From: Schmidtea nova | Taxonomy: Eukaryota | NCBI GenBank assembly: GCA_044892505.1 | Contig: CM097883.1 | Location: forward strand, 296,608,001-296,672,000 | DNA length: 64,000 nucleotides | Reading direction: 5' to 3' | Shown: piece after piece, positions 24,879-38,339 of the stretch | Numbering within the stretch: position 1 is the first letter of the stretch | How the letters are laid out: each line of letters starts with the position of its first letter | The notes under the pieces: model-generated | Told to the model about the DNA's origin: nothing | What the model saw: the letters and a program-made list of their open reading frames with translations, nothing else | Databases searched by the model: none | Program-made: the position numbers and the translations under genes

Positions 24879-27800
24879 TTTCTATATTTAAAAATATTAT
24901 ACTAATATATAGATAACGGAGGCACTACAATAGCCCCCGCCGAAGTACGCGGAGCGTATGGGTGAAAAAGAATGGAATCAAGGATCGGAGTGCAAATCGA
25001 GATGGTAGTCTGATAGATACTGTGGAGGACGGATTTGAGTCTAGAGCAAGGAAGTGGCTGCGGGCCTGATTTATTTGTTGAAGGGACGATTCGGAGTCTG
25101 TTTCTATAAGTTTTGATGGCATGCGTGTGTTAGCGCCGAACAGTAACTGTCCTGGGGAGACTCCACTTGAGTGGTTGGGTGTGTTGTGCCATCCAAGTAG
25201 AACGAACGGCAGGGATTTAGTCCATCCAGGGGAAGATGTTAGAATACGAAGTGAGGTCTTGATAGTGTGGTTGGCACGTTCGACGAGGCCGTTGGTCTGT
25301 GGAGGATAGGAAGAGGTGCGTGTGTGTTTAATGTTTAGGGCGTTTGTCAGGTAATTAAATAAGACCGATTCGAATTGGCGGCCTTGGTCTGTAATGATGG
25401 TGGTAGGGATACCGTAACGGGAAAACCAGGTAGACACTAAGTAGTCTGCGACAGTGGGTGCGGTGATATTGGGTATGGGTACTGCTTCGAACCAGCGCGT
25501 CTTACGATCTATCATTGTAAGGATGAAGGAGAAACCGTTGTCTGATGGGAGTGGTCCTACTAAGTCAATGAGCAAAATGTCGAAGCAGGAGCCTGTGGGA
25601 AAAAGGGTGAGTGGTGGTTTGGCATGTTTGTTAACTTTATGCTGCTGGCACCCTTGGCACTCACTTACCCATTGTTTGACGTCTTTTAATAGGGCGTACC
25701 AGGTGACTTTCTGGCGTAGGATTAGGGTTAGGGTTAGGGTTAGGAGTTAGGGTGAAGGTTATAAACTGCGAAAAACGCTTCTTTGCGAAGTGACTCGTGT
25801 AGTATGGAACGTAGCGTGTTGTTACAAGATGTGTCGTAATGTACACCGTCGATGAGCTTGAGGGAGTCTTTGAATCTGGAAATATCTTTCTCGGAAGGAG
25901 GCGTGGATGAAAGAATGTCTAGCGAGAAGATAGGAGAAAAAGATATTAAGGTTATGATCACAAGCGAAAGGCAGTCTGCAATGACGTTGTCACCTCCTGC
26001 TATGTGTTTGATCACGAAATCAAGCGATGATAGAAACGCAAGTTGACGGAATACCCTATTCTATGGATCTTTCATGGTGAGGCAGAGTAGGACAGGTTTA
26101 TTGTCGGTGAAAATTGTGAAATGTCTACCCTCTAGGAAGTGTCGGAAATGTTTAACGGCCAGCACGATGGCTAATAGTTCTCTGTCGAAGGCACTGTACC
26201 TTGTTTCTGCTAATAAAAATTTACGGGAAAAGAATTCGATGGGACGGGAAACGTTGTCTTTAATCTGGTGGAGAACGGCCCGGGCTGCTATGTCTGAGGC
26301 GTCGGTGGTTAGAGTGAATGGCAGGTCGTTATGTGGGTAATACAGCGTTGAGATATTAGTCAATGCGTTTTTTACGTTGATGAAGACCTGATCTGTTTCG
26401 TCGGACCATTTTATTATAGCCTTCTTGGGGCCTTGATTGAGTGCTGATAGTGGTGCGGTAATGTGGGACGAGTTTGGGATAAATCTGTGGCAGAAGTTTA
26501 CAGTTCCGAGAAAGCTGCGAAGCTCTGTGACCGTGGACGGTTTGGGAAATGATCGGATAATGTATAGTCTTTCTGGGAATGGTTCATATCCGTCTGCTGG
26601 CAGAATGTGTCCTAAAAAACGGACGCGCGACTTGAAGAATTGACATTTATCATCGCTAATCTGAAGGTTATTTTTGTCGAGGACTTCAAAAACCTGTATT
26701 AAGTCTCTTGCGTGTGAGGACTCGTCAGGAGAAGCAACAATGATATCGTCTAGATAGACGAAGGTGTGGTTGAGATGTCGGAAGGTGATGTCCATGAAGC
26801 GTTGGAGTGTTTGTGCGGCATTCCTAAGGCCAAATGGCATGAACAAGTATTCGAAGTTGCCGAAAGGGGTAGTTACCGCTGTTTTTGGAACGTCATCTGG
26901 ATTTACAGGGAACTGATGAAATGCTTTGGCGAGGTCGATCGTTGAAAAGACTGTATTCCCCGAAAAACGTGAAAATAGGTCCTTAATGAGAGGCATTGGT
27001 TAGGCGTCATGAATTGTTACGCTGTTCAACGCGCGAAAATCGCCACAAGGGCGGAAGGAGCCGTCTTTCTTCGTGACTAAATGGATAGGGGAAGCCCATG
27101 GGGAGGAGGTGCGTCGAATGATGCCTTTGTCTTCTAGTTCGGAAAATTATAGTTTAACGGCCTGTCGTCTATTAATAGCCAGAGGCCGGAAACGAGCGCT
27201 TTGTGGTGTGCACGGAACGGTGATGATGAAATGGACGAATTCTTTGCTGGGTACGTGTGTGGTAGACTTGGTCAGAAGGTTCGGGAAATTTGTGGCGATG
27301 ACTGATTCTACGTTGTCTGCTGTTAAAGTGATTGTTGTTTTTGGTAACACTATCGCGAAAACTGGATGAAGGAGTTGATACAGTTTTCTGTTTTTACAGT
27401 CGATGTTCACTTCTTCGGTTGTTAAGAAATCGAGGCCTAGAATCAGGAATGTTGTGTCGGCAATATAGAATGAGTGCGAGAAACGTTTAGAAAAGCCGGG
27501 GAGGCGAAATTTAATTGTTTTCGTGCCGGAGAGCATTATGTGCGTACCGTTTGCGGCTATGGCAGAGGATGAGCAGGGTGTGTCTGTGGTGAAGTTGGTG
27601 GGTAGAATTGAATATAACGAGCCTGTGTCTATAAGGAATGTTATTGTGCGTTGCTTGGGTTGTCCGTATTCTTCGAACAGTTCGGCGTTGATGGGGAAAT
27701 TTCCGGGAGTTCTGGTTAAGATTGGTGTGGCTAAGGTTGCCTTGTTTATGGTGGAGGTGGTAGTTGGTGGCGTATGTGTTTGTGTTGTGCGGGATGTGCT

Positions 27801-28560
27801 GAGTGGTGTAGTGAGTTGAGCTGTGCGAAGTAATTGTCGGGTGTGGAGAGTAGTGGTCATGCCTGAAATGGTGTTTGCTGGTGGAGTTGATATTGTGTAA
27901 GTTGGACGTGGTTTCCTGTGAAAAGAGGTGTTCACTGGCAGGAAGTCATCGGAGCGTCCAGGAATATCCGATGACTCAGTTAGTTTTTGCATGGTGGTGG
28001 CTGCTCGTCTGCCATGTACATCCTTCGATGCACGATTTGGCTTCGTTCTTGAACAGGTGGTGGTGGATACAGATTGGAATGACTGGGTTATGAGGATTGT
28101 GGAATTCGGAAGCGCAACCAATGCAGCATTTCTGTGCATGTTTGGGTTGTAATGAGGTGTATTTTGACACTATCAGGGATTTGAGATCATCGTACGGGTT
28201 GTCTGCGTAAAGCGCGTCGGCTATTTTCGTGGCAAGCTCATCTATCAGCTCAGATAGTAGGCTGTCGAGTAGGAAATCGGCGCGTGATTTCGGAAAAGCA
28301 GACGTGCGCGATTCGAAAATGCGGAACCACGACGAGGGTGTGCCGTCGGGATCCAAAAAGAACAAAATTGGGTGTGAAGTGGATAAATAAGGCGGTTCTG
28401 TAGTGGGCCGGACGCCTCCTAAAACGCGGCAATGAATGTCTATGATAGCATTAGGGGGAATATCGGTGAGTGGTGAAACTGGTTCTGTAGTTCAATTTCA
28501 TTAGGTGTTGTGTTAGGAATTGAAGAGGTAAACACTTTTATTGTTTTCTTCAGAAAAACA
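24879..28560 (-). mobile_element. GC-rich Ty3/gypsy LTR retrotransposon (gag-PR-RT-RH-IN), mildly decayed
   Basis: gag (27976-28365), protease FLIDTGSLYSILP, RT PWASPIHLVTKKDGSFRPCGDFR...YLDDII, RNase H LTTDASD/FDRELLAI, integrase IDLVGPLP...YPPQTNGLVERANH. PPT ggcggggg precedes TGTAG at 24929, and an LTR end CTACA lies near 28490. In-frame stops are present (HDA*PMP). Confidence 0.93.
25722..25752 (+). repeat. Interstitial (TTAGGG)n-type tract
   Basis: ttagggttagggttagggttaggagttaggg, located inside the integrase zinc-finger coding region. Confidence 0.75.
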
Positions 28561-28759
28561 TTTGATCTGATTATATTTTTATCGTCAATATTTATTCAGG
28601 GTCTCTCTAAATGCTATTTATTTTCCATCGAGATTTACGCATTTTCTAAAAATGTATAAAACATTCCACACAGCAACATCAACTTAATGGAATATTAATT
28701 TTTTATACCAGCAAATCGTTTAATGGGGGCAGGAAAAATAAGTAATCATCTGATCAGCG

Positions 28760-29940
28760 CGATCTATTCCGGACACATATGCATTATATTCAACAACTTC
28801 TTTAGATTTCTGAGATTCAACCCCCAGTCTGTTTCTGGAGCCTTTCTCGAAATTTCAGCAGGAACACTGACTCTTTTTGAGCGAAGTGTACCGGAAGTGT
28901 GAGATCGTCTACCCAATAATAATACATTTAATGGAATGCTGTTGTAATAGTTGTCGATGTAGATGTGGTGTCCTTTATCCAAGTAGGACTCCATACTACG
29001 TAATACTAAATTTTGAAGTATTGTTCTAGTAATATTATTTTCATCTTTGTTACCTTTCCTTTTATTCACACCGATATTGAGAACATATCCTTCTGGTGTG
29101 CACAATTCCTATATCCTTATTCCGCAATTAGCTTTCTTGCCTTTTATGTATGTTTTAAAACTTAAACGTCCTTTATGCTGCAATAACAACTCGTCTAATG
29201 AAAGTTGATTGTCAGGGAAAAAAGAAGTTTGAAATTTCTTCATTAGTACGTAAAAATGTTTGTTGATTTTAGTCGATTTCGGTGATATTATTATCAGTTA
29301 CATTCAACGTTGAGATAACGTAAAATTTGTTCGAATGTTCTACCGGACATTATCTTTAGAAAAATGGGATGATAGCAGAGTTGATCATAAGTGAACAATT
29401 TCTGAATGGAAGGGCTATGGATTTGTCCCTGTAATAAGCACATTCGAAATACTTTTTCATTTCTTCATAGTCTGTTTGTTTAAAATTTATCGGGAATGTG
29501 GACGTGATTGGGTACATAAATCTTTGCCGTAATGATTTGTTGAATTTATCACAATGTCGAAAATATCATTGTCAAAAGATTTAGAAAATATATATTAAGT
29601 GCTGTCATTTCACTGTTAACCGGAAACTGTACACCACAAAATGTGTTATCGGAAATAAAAATTTGTATGTCCTTTAGATCGGCATGCCAAATTTCATCAT
29701 CATGTTCAATCTCAGATTGATCTGAATCATTATCCTCACTTCCATAGTATCATCCTCTCCTTAGAACTCCTTATGGACATTCTCTTAGTCATCCATTTCG
29801 ACATCCTCCTCGTTATCACTTAACGTTAAATCCGAGTCACTTGTTTCATACTCGTACTAACTTACACTGGAACATCAGGAGTGGAAACTTCTTCAAACAA
29901 CTTCACTAAACGATCTTCATCTTTCTTATCCATATTTCAA
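28760..29940 (-). pseudogene. piggyBac-like transposase remnant
   Basis: DELSLLHKGRLSFKTYIKGKK..GIRI.ELCTPEGYV and YLDKGHHIYIDNYYNSIPL...TSGTLRSKR motifs, with an acidic N-terminus near 29700-29930. Stops and frameshifts; no TTAA/TIR ends found. Confidence 0.8.
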
Positions 29941-32245
29941 ACTAAATGTTTAAATGGTTTTATTTAATAAATAAGTTATGCATAATAAAAGTTATAATAC
30001 TTATTTACATAAATAATTTTCACTTACAACGAACATTTACACCGTGTTTCAATGGCGTTTCTCACCTATAATAATTAGTAAACTTATAATATAGAAAAAT
30101 ACACACCTACCTGTACCTTATCCATTGCTGTTTAACTGAATCGTAGCATTTATTATGTCGTAGACAAAGAGATAGAAAAAAATAAAAAACACACAAACAA
30201 AAAATATAGAAAAAAACAGATGTCAACTTTCAGATGCGTTTTTTGTTTTATTCTATAATCTCACCCAATATTTTAATCAACACAAATTATAAATTAAAAT
30301 GACCGATAAATTTTTTAAATGAATTTGAGGACTCTACCTTGGGTTTTCGTGAAAATGATGACATATCATCGTAATATAATTTAAGTTAGAATATATTTTT
30401 ATTTTCGTGAAGATTAAATAGGAATATGGTATCACTTATTTTTATTTTTTAAAATATTTACAATGATATTAGCCTTATAGATATTCCATGTACCTCTGAT
30501 ACTCGAACAAATGTTGGAAATTGGTTAGTTGAAATAATATTTATTTAAAAAGTTAATAGACTTTTAACAAACATTTTATAAAACACGTTGGAAACAAATA
30601 TGTTTATGTAAGAAAATACACATCCGACTGAGATGTTATGGTATTCTATACAGCAACGCCTAGCGAAACAAGCAAGTTTAAACTTGCACAATAAAATCAT
30701 TTGCTGTAGCATTATGATTGTAGTGAAGAGCCGTATTGTGACACAATTTTCATAAGTTTATAAGGTTAAATGGACGGGCCGATTGCTTTATCCGTTTGGT
30801 CACAAAACCACTTAGACCATATGGCGGCTACACAAACGGCTGTCACAAATTTGAAATCTCAGACGACTGCCATAGTCGGTTTGTCTGTCAAATATGTTAA
30901 ATATTTATTTTTAATATTTATTTTAATATTAATAAAAAAACAGTGAAAAATGCATGCAGACTTTCATGTATCCATAAACTATTTATCTATAAACAATTTA
31001 AGTCAATTTTAAAAACAAGGTGACGGGTAAAGCTTTGGAATATTTTCGAAAGGATTTGTTGAAAATGTGAACATGTAACGTCTTAAGATTTATTTTTAAT
31101 TTAAAGTTAATGAATACTTCATATCATCTCAGATATATTCAACATTTCGCCTGTTAAAATTATTCCGTTAAACGAAAATGAAAATATAATACCTTTAAAT
31201 ATATCCTTTCAAATTTATGATTGATTAAACATTTCCTTAGGACTTTGATAAGTTTCTGAAGTTCACATTTTACATTTTGACTAAATATAATCAATTGACT
31301 CTTTAAAAAATCCTTATCTCAATGAGATGAAGATGATTTCATGGAAAAGAAAAACAATAAAATAAATGGATTCATGAAAAGAGGAAGAAAGTGCAAAACA
31401 CGAAAAGTGGGATAGGAAACTTACCGAAAGTTACACTCATAAAAATAGTCAAGTTTGACATTTTTAAAAAAAAAAGTTAAATAGGGCTAAACATGGTGTT
31501 GGGTTATTATTTTGAGTCGGTTTATTTTCTGACTCTTCGTGCTCCGTTAATTGATAAAATAAATAAGACCCAACACAATACATTTTTATTTATTTCCATC
31601 CGACAATTTACAACGACTAAAGATCAATACAAATCCCAGTTCCTGAAAACCGCAAACGCAAAACATATTTCCTACGTTGTAAGCAGTGTACGCAAAATAA
31701 GCTTAAGAAGGAAAAAAAAACTTGTGTTAACTCTACGCCATTATTCCAAGTCCAGTGCTTCGAAGATTGTCATAAAAATTAATTAACTGTTTACTATTAA
31801 CGAATACTTATATTTATTTCACAATGCTTATAATACTAATTTTTATTTTGCTCTAATATAAACATTGTACTTATTTCTAATTTACTCTAATATTATCTTT
31901 TAGGTTTCATCATCATCTTCGTAAGTAGTAAATCGACAATTTTAAAGTTTCATATCAAATTTAAGAACGACGGCTATGACCGTCTGTCATATTTTATATT
32001 GCTGAACGATATGATGTGACAGAACAGCCATACCCATGGGCTAATTAAATACAATATTTAATGAAATTATTAATCACTTATAATTAAATGGTCAGAATTT
32101 AAATCAAATCTTGGTCAGAATTTTATTAATACCATGGTCAGAATAAATATTAAATGGCCAGATAAAAATAATAAAAGGTCAGAATAAAAATAATAAACGG
32201 TCAGAATAAAAAATCGATTGTGGTACTTATACAAGCATTTTTGCC

Positions 32246-32669
32246 TTTTGAACAATTGTTTAATGAAATTAGGTAGAATTAAAAAAATAAATGAAAACAC
32301 ATTATTAATATTTAAATAACAAATTCTATTAATTAATTAATATACATTTTTATTAATTTATCAAAATGCATTGTTTTAATCAATTATTAGCGCTTTAGTT
32401 GCCAACTTTGGCCTCCCTCTTTGTCTTTTCATCCCAATCGGTATCTGTTTAGCTGCTTTTTGAACAATTGTTTAATGAAATTAGGTAGAATTAAAAAAAT
32501 AAATGAAAACACATTATTAATATTTAAATAACAAATTCTATTAATTAATTAATATACATTTTTATTAATTTATCAAAATGCATTGTTTTAATCAATTATT
32601 AGCGCTTTAGTTGCCAACTTTGGCCTCCCTCTTTGTCTTTTCATCCCAATCGGTATCTGTTTAGCTGCT
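32246..32669. repeat. 212-bp direct tandem duplication of the MULE-like 3' end
   Basis: ttttgaacaattgtttaatgaaattagg...gtatctgtttagctgct occurs from 32246 and again from 32458. Confidence 0.9.
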
Positions 32670-33419
32670 GGTGGAGGTTTCACATATTTAAGTCTAATAG
32701 CTAAACCTATTACATGTTTGCACATGTATTTTTTTAAAATAATTTGGGCAAGTACACCGACCACTTTCCCAATCTTCTATAGGAAGATAAACAATCCAAC
32801 ATTTGAAAGCCATGCTTTTAAATTGATCGAAAGTGTCTTTGGTTTTACTTTTAGATCGAATAATGACTTTATTTTATTTTTAATGTCAACATTTAACTTC
32901 ACGGTGAGTAGGAGACAGTGTCAGGTCTGGATCCGTATGAGTTATCGCGCGTTTTTTGGCGCCATTTTTAAAGTGTGTTTTGTTTAAATGTTTGGAATTT
33001 TTATTATTTATTTTATTATTAAATTATTTATTTTTATTTTTTTTATTTAATTAATTATTTTTTTTTAATTAGTTATTTATTTTTTTAATATTATTAATTT
33101 ACTTTTGTTAATATAATTTATTATTGTTCTTAATATTTTTCTACACCTTCAATGATAAACGTTCAATGAAAGCACTCATCAAAATATTATAAGCATATAA
33201 CAAAATGAGACAATTCTGCACAACATAAAATTACTTAATCAAATACGATAAATATTAAACTAATTATTTATTATTATTATTATTATTATTAATATTTCTA
33301 TTATTTCTATGACGTAAATATAGTTTCTAAAAATTATTACCCAAATTATAAAAACAGACTGAAACTAATCTGTACAATATATAACTAAATAATTAAAAAA
33401 CAAAGTTCTTCAACAAATT

Positions 33420-36400
33420 TTATTTAATAAAACTGTTTTCTTCTTCAGTTTGATCTTGGAATTGGTGATATGGATTGATTCTTGGATTGGTATGTTGAAA
33501 TATAACCAAGTCACCTCCCATATAATGGCCATATGCCAAGCTTTTATTTTTCGCCACCCATTTTCTTTTATCATCTGCGTTTGTCAGTGCAGTCTTTTCA
33601 TTTTTAATAGTAAAAAGTTGGTGATTTTTACTTGTGATTCTTGTTTGGGGAACAGAAAATATTTGGTTATTATTAAAACAGTCCAGGTACGACTGATGCT
33701 TTATGTCAGTACCCGCTAATGTTGCCCCCTTAGCTTTATTAGTTTCCTCGTCACCTAAAAGACTATAACATTTAGGTCTAAGAAACACCCACTCCTCATA
33801 TTTAAGCCCTTTATTCTCGTCTTTGAACTTGCCAATGACAGAATCAAGGTTCCTACTATATAATGGGTGATTCGGATCATAATTAGAAGTGTCAAGTAAG
33901 TTATCTCTTATCATGGCCGGTAAAAGAATATCAAGCTTACAATTTCTAATCTCAAGAAAAAACGAATCGGTGTCACCAGCAACTATGTTGATTTCGCAGT
34001 TGAATTCGTTACGATATTTTTGTAACTCTTCATACTGCAGCTGGTACATTCTAATTTTAGATAGATCCAGTACAGTTTGACCAATGTAGCTGGGTCTATC
34101 CAAACACACCGATTCCTGATTCAGCAACACTGCAACCAAATCATCGTCAATTTCGAAAGTCCTTTTAAAAGTTGGCTTAGAAGTATATGTAATCAGCCTA
34201 GAAGCCGAATTACATAATCTTAAATTTATGCGCTTTTTAAGATTCTCTACGGTTTTACCGTAGAGACTATTATTTAATAATTTATAATAATTTTTACCCA
34301 GAGCATTACTTGATTCTGCTCTAAGTCTGGTATTGGTATCGATGTAATCCTTAAAAATACATGCTTGTTTAAATTTAATTGCCCTATGGACATGAGTTAT
34401 TTTTACTCCAAGAGAAAGAAAAAGTTTGAGAAGTCTCCAATGAAGAACATAGTTCTTCTTGGGATAATGCGTAAGCATCAACTTTTCAACCTTTGATCCA
34501 GGTGGACACATCTTTTCAGCGGCAACTGGCAAATCATCCAGCTTGTCGTGAATCGAATCAGGAATTTCTAAATCGACTTCTAATGTAAATCCAAATGTTA
34601 ATACTTCTAAATCAGCAGATTCACAGTAATAAATTATTTTATTTAAGTTTTCCCTATCAGTTACCAATTTAAATTCTTTATAAGGTAGTTTTTGGCTTAA
34701 GGCACACCCATATAAATTATTTATATCTATATAAAGAAGCTCAATGTCGTCGGAAGATACTACATGGTGTTTGTTAACAAATGTTAACCCACCACGGATC
34801 CCCCCTTCGAAAAAATTATACATCTCCATATCTTGAAGCAACTCGATAGGAGATTTCAAAGTTATCAAAGCTGAATTCCATGACATGCCTGGAATTCCCA
34901 AGAAATTAAGAGGCTCAAGTCGGTTATGTGCAATGGATTTTGCCCTAAATTGCTGAAAAAAGTCGGCAAGTAAGAAAACATCCAATTTCAGATATAGCAT
35001 CATATAATCAAACAATGTTTCACAATTAAATTCATCCCATATATGTTGAGCTTTTTCATACTCGTCGATATTAACTCCTTTCCAAATCGGTGGCAACTCG
35101 TATGTATTTTGTAAAACCTCTAAAGACGTTGCAAAATTATATGGGAATATGCCTTTGGAAGTAACTATAGTCCCTATAAATTCGGATGAAGTAAGAGGAA
35201 AATCTGTTAAAGTCTTTACAGCATCGTTTAAGCTACAGCTTACAAATTGGCAAGAATCGATAAATTTAATAGTCAAACTATCATCTCTTGCATATAAAGT
35301 CAAAAACTTTTCACTTGTAGTAGGAATACAACTTATATCCCATTTAACGAATTTATTTAAACCATACTTGAGAATATGATGTAAATCATATCCGCGTAAA
35401 TTATGAAATATTACTGGCATGATGAATCTTATTTGCCGAGAAAAATTGCATTTAGAGCAAGCTGCACCCAAGTATTTACCTGTATAATGGTCATGATCTT
35501 TAACCTGATTTTTCAAAGGTTTATTACATAAATAACAAATAATAGAACTACGAAATGATCTTATTTGTGCAGGAGAAAGATATTCCATTTTCTTTTTGGA
35601 ATTATTTATAAAGTAAGGTAAAACTACTTTTTCTCCTATATCATTGATTTCAGTCAAAAACTCTTCTACACAATTAAGACCATAAAAGCTTTTATACGAT
35701 TTTTCGCCAGTAAAGTTATTAATAAGCAACAAGCCAGCAGAAATAGGCAAGTGACGTTGAAAATACTTATCGTCCTTCGGTAAAACAGCCTCAAAATCGG
35801 CATATACGACAAAAGGAGGGGTAACAATCTTTGACCAGTCTTTAAATTCCAAGTTCTTATCTGAAGGTAAAGTGTACAAAGTTGTACCTAACTGGTTTTT
35901 TATGCATAAAGCCTGATGTTTCTCAAAAGCTTCAGTCAATCTAAAACCATTCAAGCAACGCTCGCACCACGTGCACCTTATTTGAACATCAGTAACAGAA
36001 AGAGTGTCACAATTTAAAAGTCTATTAATATTGGTAACTGCAATATAATTAAAAGAGTCACTTTCCTCTAACAAAATCAAATTAATTGGAGTGCCACCTA
36101 CAACTTTTGACCTATGAATAATATCTACAAATGGATGTTTCATGACTTCTTCCTCCTCAGTAATATTATTTAGATCATATTCGTCATATGAAAGAATATT
36201 TATAGCCAGTTCAGGGTTTTTCGCTTCAAATTTGGGGATATTACATAATTTCATTGGAAAATCAGAAGGATCAAACACAAGGTCTGAGGGATTATAATTA
36301 TAAGACTTACTTCTATTAGATTTCACATCCTTGTATTTTAAAATTGCCAAAATACTATATATAAAACATAATTTATCTGTATTCTTTACATTGACAGTGC

Positions 36401-37118
36401 CATGTTTTGCCTTTAATGATGGTGGGGTTGAACAAGAACCGTGACCACTCAATCTACTTATTTGCGAATATTTTGTAAGTTTAAAGCTTATTTCCTTAAT
36501 TTTATTAATTGACCAATTGCTGCCATTTTCGCAGACTTTAGTCATTTTTTCACTTAATAGAGCAATACCTTCATCTAAAAAGGTATCACTCATTGGTTTT
36601 GCAGAATTTGATATTATAAAAGATTGAAATTGCTTATTCTTTTCAAATTCTACATCAATGCAGAATTGAACTTTTACATACCCCATTTTGGAAATAACTG
36701 AATTAAATTTATTTAATAAAGGCGAAGGAATAATTAATTTATTTAAATTTAAAGAATCTACATCCATTTTAACAATGGCATGGGATTTTTTCAAATTATA
36801 TTTAACCAAAGGTTCAACAGAACCGCCATATTGAACAACATGCAAATTAGGATTAACTAAAACATCGTCATTTGATGAATGGACATCTTCATCATCGGAT
36901 ATTACAATTATTTTAGATGGTTTAGGACAAACAGTAACATTTCGTCGTTTACATTTATTAATTAATGCGAAAAGACTTTTCTTAGTGCATGAGAATTGAT
37001 TTAAATGGAGATAATGTTGGAAATAAAAATCAATGTAATTTATATGTTGGGCGCTCTTACATGTGGGACATAAATAGAAGGTGACTTGGTTATTTATAAG
37101 ACGATAGTATCGCTCCAT
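33420..37118 (-). CDS. polB: Protein-primed family B DNA polymerase (DNA_pol_B_2 type) with an endonuclease VII-like insert, left copy, 1232 aa
   Basis: ExoI YADFE, ExoII HNLRGYD, ExoIII YLKLDV, motif A YIDINNLYG, motif B KLLNNSLYGK, motif C GDTDS, plus GKFK, RPKCY and KAKG. CYLC...DHDH.TG.Y.GAAC..CN lies between ExoI and ExoII. Confidence 0.95.
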   Translation of the reverse strand: MERYYRLINNQVTFYLCPTCKSAQHINYIDFYFQHYLHLNQFSCTKKSLFALINKCKRRNVTVCPKPSKIIVISDDEDVHSSNDDVLVNPNLHVVQYGGSVEPLVKYNLKKSHAIVKMDVDSLNLNKLIIPSPLLNKFNSVISKMGYVKVQFCIDVEFEKNKQFQSFIISNSAKPMSDTFLDEGIALLSEKMTKVCENGSNWSINKIKEISFKLTKYSQISRLSGHGSCSTPPSLKAKHGTVNVKNTDKLCFIYSILAILKYKDVKSNRSKSYNYNPSDLVFDPSDFPMKLCNIPKFEAKNPELAINILSYDEYDLNNITEEEEVMKHPFVDIIHRSKVVGGTPINLILLEESDSFNYIAVTNINRLLNCDTLSVTDVQIRCTWCERCLNGFRLTEAFEKHQALCIKNQLGTTLYTLPSDKNLEFKDWSKIVTPPFVVYADFEAVLPKDDKYFQRHLPISAGLLLINNFTGEKSYKSFYGLNCVEEFLTEINDIGEKVVLPYFINNSKKKMEYLSPAQIRSFRSSIICYLCNKPLKNQVKDHDHYTGKYLGAACSKCNFSRQIRFIMPVIFHNLRGYDLHHILKYGLNKFVKWDISCIPTTSEKFLTLYARDDSLTIKFIDSCQFVSCSLNDAVKTLTDFPLTSSEFIGTIVTSKGIFPYNFATSLEVLQNTYELPPIWKGVNIDEYEKAQHIWDEFNCETLFDYMMLYLKLDVFLLADFFQQFRAKSIAHNRLEPLNFLGIPGMSWNSALITLKSPIELLQDMEMYNFFEGGIRGGLTFVNKHHVVSSDDIELLYIDINNLYGCALSQKLPYKEFKLVTDRENLNKIIYYCESADLEVLTFGFTLEVDLEIPDSIHDKLDDLPVAAEKMCPPGSKVEKLMLTHYPKKNYVLHWRLLKLFLSLGVKITHVHRAIKFKQACIFKDYIDTNTRLRAESSNALGKNYYKLLNNSLYGKTVENLKKRINLRLCNSASRLITYTSKPTFKRTFEIDDDLVAVLLNQESVCLDRPSYIGQTVLDLSKIRMYQLQYEELQKYRNEFNCEINIVAGDTDSFFLEIRNCKLDILLPAMIRDNLLDTSNYDPNHPLYSRNLDSVIGKFKDENKGLKYEEWVFLRPKCYSLLGDEETNKAKGATLAGTDIKHQSYLDCFNNNQIFSVPQTRITSKNHQLFTIKNEKTALTNADDKRKWVAKNKSLAYGHYMGGDLVIFQHTNPRINPYHQFQDQTEEENSFIK

Positions 37119-37498
37119 TAATTTGTGGCAATCGTTATGATTTGACGACTTACAATAATTCGCATAAAATTTACCTTAATATGAAATATCTTTAAATTTA
37201 TCAAAAAATCATTAAAATAAATTAATAAAGATATGAATTATTAGAAAATAAATATGAAATTTAAGATAAATATGATTTAAATATAATAATTACTAAAATA
37301 ATTTAAATTTAATATAAAAATTATTACAAAATAATATTAAAGGAATTTGTTTAAATTAACTGTTTACGTAAAGTAAAGATTATTTAAATTATTACAAAAT
37401 ATTACCAAAAATATATATTTACAAATATTTTACTATATTTATTTACTAAATTAATTAAAATAATTATCAAAATATAATTAAAATTAATCAATACTTAC

Positions 37499-37796
37499 AT
37501 TGAACATTCAATACCACATCAGGTATAACTCCATTATTCATATTATTCTCATTATTAACAATCTCAGCTTGTATGGTAGTTTGTTCAGTCATATTTACAT
37601 CACCTAAAGTAAAAGTTAAATAATTTACTAAGTTAATGATCAAGTACCATTTTCTTCCGCATTTTCTAACATCGATTTCCCAATTGAATTATTGATATTA
37701 CCTAAATTAATATTAAAAAATAATAAATTAAAAAATTAATTTACCATTCTCTTTTCCACTTGGGTTTTCATTCATAAAACTTGTTATGATGTTCAT
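37499..37796 (-). CDS. Three small upstream exons (mirror of 41260-41557), candidate spliced 5' end of the left polB
   Basis: Mirror of the right-arm exons, with the same GT..AG introns and one synonymous ATC/ATT difference. Confidence 0.6.
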
Positions 37797-38339
37797 TTTT
37801 AATGTTTATTATTTGTAAAAGTGAATAATGAATGAAAAAGTATTGTTTATATATCAAAGTTATTACACACACATAACCTTTGACCAATAAAAATCGAGTA
37901 AGGGGTAGGAAATTTATTCTTATCAGCCAATCAGATTCGAGTAAGAGGCAGTAAAGGTATTATTATCATCAGATAGAGAATTATGACTAATCATATATTA
38001 CGTTGCAGTATTTTAAAAAACTAGAAAAGTTATTTCAACAAATTATAATACACATCAAAGTTATAAAATATTTCAATGAATTGCATGCATGTCATATGAT
38101 TAAAATATATTAGACTAAATATTTCAGTAAATTACGTCTAAATTATATTACAATTCAATAATTACGTCAGTTATAAAAAATATTTTAATTAATTTTGATA
38201 AAATACATTAGAATTGTCAATAACACACACAAAACTTTTTTTCATTAGTATAGAAATTAAATTATATCTACACATGATTACAATAAATATTCGATAAATC
38301 TATGCTAAATAGTCGAAAAAATCCAGTATTTTATTACAA

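Noticed and set aside
28465-28495. tggtgaaactggttc next to the gypsy 5' LTR end as a primer-binding site
   Set aside because: It is in the wrong orientation for a minus-strand element, and I cannot assign a tRNA.
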